Both the position numbers and the translations under genes were made by a program. DNA of 32,000 nucleotides, from positions 120,001 through 152,000 of the forward strand of contig NC_009930.1 in the NCBI RefSeq assembly GCF_000018105.1, written 5' to 3'. This DNA comes from Acaryochloris marina MBIC11017. GTDB lineage: Bacteria; Cyanobacteriota; Cyanobacteriia; Thermosynechococcales; Thermosynechococcaceae. Positions 26,446 through 32,000 of this stretch are shown here, piece after piece. Positions within the stretch are counted from its first letter, which is position 1; every line of letters starts with the position of its first letter. Below the pieces are notes generated by a model. The model worked only from the letters and a program-made list of their open reading frames with translations. It searched no databases and was not told the origin of the DNA.

Positions 26446-29054
26446 CTTGTTACTCTCCATATTTGTGTTTGAGGATTGTCAGACAAGTATCTTGAATTAT
26501 CATACGTTCCATCAAAATTCCTATCTGAAACCCAACTAAACGATGCACGACCAGAAGAATTAGACAGAATCTGACTACAGCCTACATTCATACATACACC
26601 AATGTGTTGATAACCTTTTGAAAGGGCAATATCTCCGGGTTGTGCTTCAGAAGGATTGACTTGCTTACCTCGGCCAGCAGCAAACTTATCAGCCCAAGTC
26701 GGAACCCAATCAGTCTGCATAGGCTGAATTCCTGCTCTAGCTAGTACATGATCTACAGACCAAGCACAAGCTTGATTCCCACCTTCAGGTCCACCTGATG
26801 TATCAAATCCCCGCATTTGCTTAGCCGATTCAAAGATAGCGTTATTGATTTCTCCCGCTTCCGGTGCTGGACCTTGAGCAAAAGTGGCTGAGCCATTGGT
26901 GGGCTGGCAGAAAGGAACCCCAAAAGATGCAGTGGCACCCGTTGGAGTAACCGGAGCATTGCCATTAGGACCATAGACTTCAAGGGCAACTGGATCATTC
27001 CACTTCACATCTTCCGCTCCTCCAGGGAGACTGGTGAACTGATTACGCCCCAACAAATAATCAGCAGCCTCAAAATTACCTGAACGAATATAGCCGATGA
27101 TGTCATGGCCGACTTCCTGACCATAGATATCAATCCAAGCTAATGCAGCACGATCACGCTCTTCTTTGCTTTCAGACCAAGCATCAATACCTGTCCTAGT
27201 AAAAAGCGTATTTCGACTCTTCTCGATGAATTGATATTCACCATATGCACCCGTATCAGGATGTGGCCCAATATCAGTTCCTCCAGTAGATTCACCATAC
27301 GCAATGCGGGCTAGATATTGATTGATATGATGTTGTTCACTGTTTGGAGGTGAGCTACCATCAGCACCACCAGTCGTCTGATTTGAATCGGTGGTATTGT
27401 TCGTTTGTGCTGAGGCAACCAATGTAGGTTCCCGGCAAAACTGCTGTTGACTGGGCTGGAGATTACGGATTGCATCAGGAATGCCCCCAGATCGAGCTAG
27501 AAGCAACATGATTCCACCTTCTTTAATGCGCCAGGGGGTTGGAATCCTGATGAAATGAGGGGTGTAATGACTCCCAGTAATTGGATCTGAATAGCCAAAC
27601 TGCCATGCCGTGGACAACCGGGCAGATCCCACCTCATCCCCTGACCCTTCCCTCATGTCTTCCAGGTACAGCTTGACATTGCCTGCCACCCAAGGCTTAA
27701 TCCCGGTGACCTCCTTGCCATTGGCTATAATTCTCAACCAGCCTTGCCCACCGGGCACCATCTGATCTGGCCCTTGAATCCAGGCTTGCCCTGATAACTT
27801 CGTGGGTTCGCCACCCCCATCAACATTGTCCAACTCAAAGTGACGACAGTTCTTGGTATCTTTCCCATCGATTTTGCAGGGTGCAGGTTTAGGAATTTGG
27901 TCTTTGGTCCCACCACTGATTACATAGTCGATGTTATCGACCACTGCGGCAGCATCGGTCGTATCAATTCGCCCCAGCAAATCCAATCGAGTGAAGCTCA
28001 ACGCTAACGCTAAATCAATCTGGTCAAGCGGTACATCTTTGAGGCCAGGGACTTGATTGAGGGTCTTATCTTCAGAACCGGGGATATCCTTAATCGCTGT
28101 CTCTCCCACACCAGGAGCATCAGCCAATCCCAGCTTATCGAGGGGCAAGGTTCCAAGGGGTAAATCCTTTATTGCTTTGGCGATTTTGGGATTCTTCATC
28201 AACTCTTTGATCAGAACTTTGGACCCTTCTTTGATCGCTAAATCCTTAGCCTGCTTTTTGACGGTATCCCAATCCCCGTTGATAATCCCCTGAGTTAATG
28301 GGATGAGCTGCTTTAAGGGCAGTTTCCGCAGACGATTATTGACCTTGCTTAAAGTCTTCGCTAGCTTGCTCCGTTCCTCTTCTGTGAATACGTCACCCCA
28401 GTCTCCCTCTATTAAATCTTCAGCAGGGATATCTGAAATCTCTGGGTTAGACGCTTTCTGTTCGATAAAAACAATGTCTGTTTGATCAATGGGTTCATGT
28501 AGAAGCGGTTCGTCCTCGTAGTATCCAAATGCAGATTGCACCACTGCGGGGGCTTCTTCTAAAGATTGTTCAGCCGCACCAGGATTAATTTGCAGATACT
28601 CTCCCACTGTCATTGTTGATGCGATTGGAACCTCAGACAGGGTTACGGTTGCGGGGTCTTTGCCACTGGCTTTCAAAACCTCATTGATATTCAATTCCGT
28701 AAACTGCTTAAACTGCGGATGATTTTTCAGGTGTCCGATCTTGAGAACTTGATCTGAGCTTGCGTTTGCGGGCCATGCCCCATTGAGATAGGAGGGTGCT
28801 TGGGAACCTGCGGGCAATCGAATACTCCCCGCTGTTTCAGAGGCTGGACTATTGGCAAAGGTCGGTGCGACGACACCAGATGGGTCATAGTACAGGCCTG
28901 GTATCGTGCCTTCTTCCTGGGTTTGAGTATTTTGATTAGCAGCCTTTATGGACTGCTGGTTGATAATCTGTGCTACTGCTGGGAACGATTGTAGGGTGAG
29001 TACAGCAGCAGGTAGTAGGCTGAATATTCGTTGGGGATATCGAGGCATGATCAA
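26442..29054 (-). CDS. secreted bifunctional peptidoglycan hydrolase (lytic-transglycosylase-like + CHAP/NlpC-P60-like), 870 aa
   Basis: Signal peptide (LLPAAVLTLQSFPAVAQ). SLT-like IAYGESTGG...GAYGEYQF. C-terminal Cys-His peptidase pattern GGNQACAWSVDHVL...GDIALSKGYQHIGVC. Confidence 0.8.
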   Translation of the reverse strand: MIMPRYPQRIFSLLPAAVLTLQSFPAVAQIINQQSIKAANQNTQTQEEGTIPGLYYDPSGVVAPTFANSPASETAGSIRLPAGSQAPSYLNGAWPANASSDQVLKIGHLKNHPQFKQFTELNINEVLKASGKDPATVTLSEVPIASTMTVGEYLQINPGAAEQSLEEAPAVVQSAFGYYEDEPLLHEPIDQTDIVFIEQKASNPEISDIPAEDLIEGDWGDVFTEEERSKLAKTLSKVNNRLRKLPLKQLIPLTQGIINGDWDTVKKQAKDLAIKEGSKVLIKELMKNPKIAKAIKDLPLGTLPLDKLGLADAPGVGETAIKDIPGSEDKTLNQVPGLKDVPLDQIDLALALSFTRLDLLGRIDTTDAAAVVDNIDYVISGGTKDQIPKPAPCKIDGKDTKNCRHFELDNVDGGGEPTKLSGQAWIQGPDQMVPGGQGWLRIIANGKEVTGIKPWVAGNVKLYLEDMREGSGDEVGSARLSTAWQFGYSDPITGSHYTPHFIRIPTPWRIKEGGIMLLLARSGGIPDAIRNLQPSQQQFCREPTLVASAQTNNTTDSNQTTGGADGSSPPNSEQHHINQYLARIAYGESTGGTDIGPHPDTGAYGEYQFIEKSRNTLFTRTGIDAWSESKEERDRAALAWIDIYGQEVGHDIIGYIRSGNFEAADYLLGRNQFTSLPGGAEDVKWNDPVALEVYGPNGNAPVTPTGATASFGVPFCQPTNGSATFAQGPAPEAGEINNAIFESAKQMRGFDTSGGPEGGNQACAWSVDHVLARAGIQPMQTDWVPTWADKFAAGRGKQVNPSEAQPGDIALSKGYQHIGVCMNVGCSQILSNSSGRASFSWVSDRNFDGTYDNSRYLSDNPQTQIWRVTR

Positions 29055-29077
29055 CAGAGTTGAGTGACAGTCTGTTG

Positions 29078-29092
29078 AAACTTACCCAGAAT
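29078..29092 (-). promoter_or_regulatory. backbone box 5
   Basis: AAACTTACCCAGAAT, 23 nt upstream of ATG 29054. Confidence 0.6.
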
Positions 29093-29136
29093 TTTGGGAT
29101 CAGGATTGGTTAATTTAGTCTAATTTTTTAGCCCAA

Positions 29137-29174
29137 ATGTACAGTACATCGCTATTTGCACAGATGTACAAAAT
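29137..29174. promoter_or_regulatory. TGTACA/TTTGCAC motif pair upstream of box 5
   Basis: Palindrome ATGTAC-A-GTACAT (29137-29149) and TTTGCACAGATGTACAAAAT (29155-29174). TTTGCAC also occurs in the iteron units at 15417-15424. Confidence 0.35.
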
Positions 29175-29270
29175 TAGTGCTCCGATTGACGAATCTGCTG
29201 GGTTTCAATTTTTGCCAAATTCCAGTTATTCAAAATTACTGCACACCTAAGTTCATTATTCATCAAACAG

Positions 29271-31802
29271 TTAAGTATCCAACTCCTTTATTTTTTTACA
29301 GCAATCGTCAAAATTGCTCTGAACTTTAAATGTGTATGGATGTTCATCACCCAAGAGGTTCTGGAGTATATTCAGGCTTTGTTCGTAGAGGGATTTCGCT
29401 TTGCTGTACCGTCCTTGGATATCGTAGAGTTCTGCCAGGTTATTGAGGCTACGAGCAACATTGGGGTGTTCGTTGCCCAAGAGTTTCTGGAGCATCTCCA
29501 AGGATTGCACATAGAGGGGTTTCGCTTTGCTGTACCGTCCTTGGATGTAGTAAAGTTTTGCCAGGTTATTGAGGCTTTGAGCGACATCGGGATGTTCGTT
29601 GCCCAAGAGCTTCTGTCTCATCTCCAAGGCTTGGTCATAGAGGGGTTCGGCTTCGCTGTACCGTTCTAGGGTGTAGTAGAGGAAGGCCAGGTTATTGAGA
29701 CTTTGAGCGACATCGGGGTGTTCGTTGCCCAAGAGCTTCTGGCACATTTCCAAGGTTTGGACATAGAGGGGTTCGGCTTCGCTGTACCGTCCTTGGCTTT
29801 CGTAGAGTCCTGCCAGGCTATTGAGGCACACCGCGACATCGGGATGTTCGTTGCCCAAGAGCTTCTGTCTCATCTCCAAGGCTTGGTCATAGAGGGGTTC
29901 GGCTTCGCTGTACCGTCCTTGGCTTTCGTAGACTGTTGCCAGGTTAATGAGGCTTGTTGCGACATCGGGGTGTTCGCCGCCCAAGAGCTTCTGTCTCATC
30001 TCCAAGGCTCTGTCATAGAGGGGTTCGGCTTCGCTGTACCGTCCTTGTTTGTAGTAGAGTGTTGCCAGGTTATTGAGGCACATCGCGACATCGGGATGTT
30101 CGTTGCCCAAGAGCTTCTGGCACATTTCCAAGGCTTGGTCATAGAGGGGTTCGGCTTCGCTGTACCGTCCTTGCCTGTCGAAGAGTGATGCCAGGTTATT
30201 GAGGCTTGTTGCGACATCGGGGTGTTCGCCGCCCAAGAGCTTCTGGCACATTTCCAAGGCTTGGACATAGAGGGGTTCGGCTTCGCTGTACCGTCCTTGC
30301 CTGTCGAAGAGTAATGCCAGGTTATTAAGGCTTTGAGCGACATCGGGGTGTTCGCTGCCTAAGAGCTTCTGTCTCATCTCCAAGGCTTGGTCATAGAGGG
30401 GTTTGGCTTCGCTGTACCGTCCTTGGTTGTAGTGGAGTAATGCCAGGTTATTGAGGCTTGTTGCGACATCGGGGTGTTCAGTACCGAATCTTTTTTTTGC
30501 CTGTACCAGGCATTTTTGTCTCCAGGGTAAAGCTAAACCATAGTTTCCTTGCCCTTCATAATATCGACCGATACCTTGAAAAGGTAGGATCAAGTCATCA
30601 TCACTGAGATGGTCAATCCATTTTCTGATAAGTTCCTCTAGATGAGGAATGCAACCTTTTATCTCAGTAATTACATCAATCGTTGGACGTTCATCAATAC
30701 CCTGTTCAATACCCACTATTCCTCTGCAATAAGCCGTTTTGAGGGATTCCCCCTTGTCAGTGCGCTCATGCAACTTAATCCGAAAGAACTCCTTTACAAT
30801 TTGATGGAGTTGATAGGTACTCTCTTCCACTCGTTTGAGTAAATTTCTATCTCTTAAACCTTCATCTCTAAGGTCTTCCAGATCATCATTATCCTGATCA
30901 AATAGACACTCTTCAACCAGATGCCAAGGAATCGGTGCAATCGCAAACATGCCTAATAAACAGGCAAGTTCTTGTTCTACCTCACTTAGTTCTACCCAGC
31001 TCAACTCCAATGCAGAAGCTACCCCTAACTGAGCCGTCATCCCTGATTCTTTGGCAATAAGAGCTTTCGCTGTTAGTTTCTTGGATTCAAGACGCTCAAC
31101 TAGTTTTTCAAAGGACCAGTCTAATTTTCTCGCTAGAAATCGTCCCAACAATTCTAATCCTAACGGTAGGTTACCCACCCAACCACATAGGGTTTTAGCA
31201 GCTTCTAGCTGTGAATAAATCCGGTCTGGTCCCACTAGCGTTTCTAGAAGTGCCAAGGCACTTTCATCATCGAGTTCTTCAATGGACAAAGACTGCACAG
31301 AGCTACCCAAGTTCAAACGAGTTGTCAGCAACACTTTGAACTTCGGATCTGAGGGAGGCAGATAAGGCTCAACTGCATCAAACTCAGTTACATCATCGAG
31401 AACAACTAGCACATCCCCCTCTCGCCAATGTCCCCAGGAATAGTCAACCTGGCCTTTTTCATCTAATCCATCTGGGAGAGTAATACCCAGCTTGGTCTGA
31501 GCAAACGACACAATTTGGGTTGCGATCTCTTGGTCCCTGGCTCTTAGCCAGCAAAATCCACCGGGGTATTGCTCCTGTTCTAATTGAGCTATGGCGTATT
31601 GCAATGCCAGCTCTGTTTTACCAATGCCCCCCATCCCAGCGATGGCTGTAATCGCAATCCGCTGGTTGTTTTGTAATTGCTCGCGAAGGTCTTGAAGCTT
31701 TTGGTTACGGCCAACAAACTCCTTGACACCACTTCGGGGAAGGTTAGAGGGAATGCCAGTAGGAGGATTTAACTTTGCCCAGTCCCGCTCAGGCGACTCT
31801 AG
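29271..31802 (-). CDS. NLR-like STAND NTPase: NB-ARC domain + 9 TPR (42-aa) units; start unresolved, possibly a pseudogene
   Basis: P-loop GMGGIGKT, Walker B VLVVLDDV and a TPR array. The frame is open from the TGA at 31803-31805. There is no ATG/GTG/TTG between that TGA and the ATG at 31634, and that ATG lies inside the P-loop. Confidence 0.8.
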   Translation of the reverse strand, partial: LESPERDWAKLNPPTGIPSNLPRSGVKEFVGRNQKLQDLREQLQNNQRIAITAIAGMGGIGKTELALQYAIAQLEQEQYPGGFCWLRARDQEIATQIVSFAQTKLGITLPDGLDEKGQVDYSWGHWREGDVLVVLDDVTEFDAVEPYLPPSDPKFKVLLTTRLNLGSSVQSLSIEELDDESALALLETLVGPDRIYSQLEAAKTLCGWVGNLPLGLELLGRFLARKLDWSFEKLVERLESKKLTAKALIAKESGMTAQLGVASALELSWVELSEVEQELACLLGMFAIAPIPWHLVEECLFDQDNDDLEDLRDEGLRDRNLLKRVEESTYQLHQIVKEFFRIKLHERTDKGESLKTAYCRGIVGIEQGIDERPTIDVITEIKGCIPHLEELIRKWIDHLSDDDLILPFQGIGRYYEGQGNYGLALPWRQKCLVQAKKRFGTEHPDVATSLNNLALLHYNQGRYSEAKPLYDQALEMRQKLLGSEHPDVAQSLNNLALLFDRQGRYSEAEPLYVQALEMCQKLLGGEHPDVATSLNNLASLFDRQGRYSEAEPLYDQALEMCQKLLGNEHPDVAMCLNNLATLYYKQGRYSEAEPLYDRALEMRQKLLGGEHPDVATSLINLATVYESQGRYSEAEPLYDQALEMRQKLLGNEHPDVAVCLNSLAGLYESQGRYSEAEPLYVQTLEMCQKLLGNEHPDVAQSLNNLAFLYYTLERYSEAEPLYDQALEMRQKLLGNEHPDVAQSLNNLAKLYYIQGRYSKAKPLYVQSLEMLQKLLGNEHPNVARSLNNLAELYDIQGRYSKAKSLYEQSLNILQNLLGDEHPYTFKVQSNFDDCCKKIKELDT
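29347..30483 (-). repeat. 9 x 126-bp near-identical tandem units (TPR array)
   Basis: Unit EHPDVAxSLNNLAxLYxxQGRYSEAEPLYxQALEMxQKLLGx is repeated nine times with high nucleotide identity. Confidence 0.9.
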
Positions 31803-32000
31803 TCAAACGGTCTTATTGATGGTGATGTTTTCACCTTGAAAAACCTCACCACCTGAAATGCTGTTTTGGAAGTTGGTTCCACCGTAGTTATTTTGAACTT
31901 GGGTGTTTGTGTCCTTACTGATATGAAAATTAATTTCTTGGGCTATCTGCCGTAATTCCCCAGCAAAGGCTTCATCTAGCATTTCTACGCCTAGCAGAGT
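31803..32000 (-). CDS. partial ORF (C-terminal 65 codons) ending in a G/N/Q-rich segment, in frame with the NB-ARC ORF
   Basis: My own translation of the minus strand gives ...LLGVEMLDEAFAGELRQIAQEINFHISKDTNTQVQNNYGGTNFQNSISGGEVFQGENITINKTV-TGA. The ORF runs off the window edge. Confidence 0.55.
   Translation of the reverse strand, partial: TLLGVEMLDEAFAGELRQIAQEINFHISKDTNTQVQNNYGGTNFQNSISGGEVFQGENITINKTV

Noticed and set aside
29340-30343. Plus- and minus-strand ORFs inside the TPR array (29340..29669, 29372..29587, 29703..30188, 29996..30343)
   Set aside because: These are periodic artefacts of the 126-bp repeat in alternative frames. Their own sequences are repeats of the same out-of-frame peptide.
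31803-31805. In-frame TGA as selenocysteine or programmed recoding
   Set aside because: I see no SECIS-like hairpin immediately downstream of the TGA on the coding strand, and NLR-type proteins are not known selenoproteins. A nonsense mutation or sequencing error is more parsimonious.

Overview
This looks like a segment of a cyanobacterial plasmid or integrative/conjugative element. Support: three HIP1 octamers (GCGATCGC), pentapeptide-repeat genes and an NB-ARC/TPR gene. All protein assignments come from motifs read by eye; no searches were run. The window has three parts. (1) 1-13.2 kb is accessory cargo, mostly on the minus strand: a DUF1622-like membrane protein, an IS21-family element (istA/istB), a histidine phosphatase, a zinc-ribbon membrane protein, a TM-anchored pentapeptide protein, a GNAT acetyltransferase and a strictosidine-synthase-like propeller. 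Four same-orientation copies of a ~110-125 nt structured repeat that matches no element family I know punctuate this region. (2) 13.2-29.1 kb is a maintenance/transfer backbone. It holds a ParM-like actin ATPase with a small ParR-like partner, a divergent iteron-rich control region, and a 1344-aa MOBF (TrwC-type) relaxase-helicase with a C-terminal TOPRIM-like domain. It also holds an AT-rich pentapeptide gene, a VirD4/TraG-type coupling ATPase and an 870-aa secreted lytic-transglycosylase plus CHAP/NlpC-P60 hydrolase. Five transcription units here carry the same box, ATTCTGGGTAA(T/G)(G/T)TT, 23-38 nt upstream of the start codon. (3) 29.3-32.0 kb is an NLR-like NB-ARC gene with nine near-identical 42-aa TPR units; an in-frame TGA cuts off its N-terminal extension. 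The strongest leads are the structured repeat family, the shared backbone box with its iterons, and the interrupted NLR-like gene.
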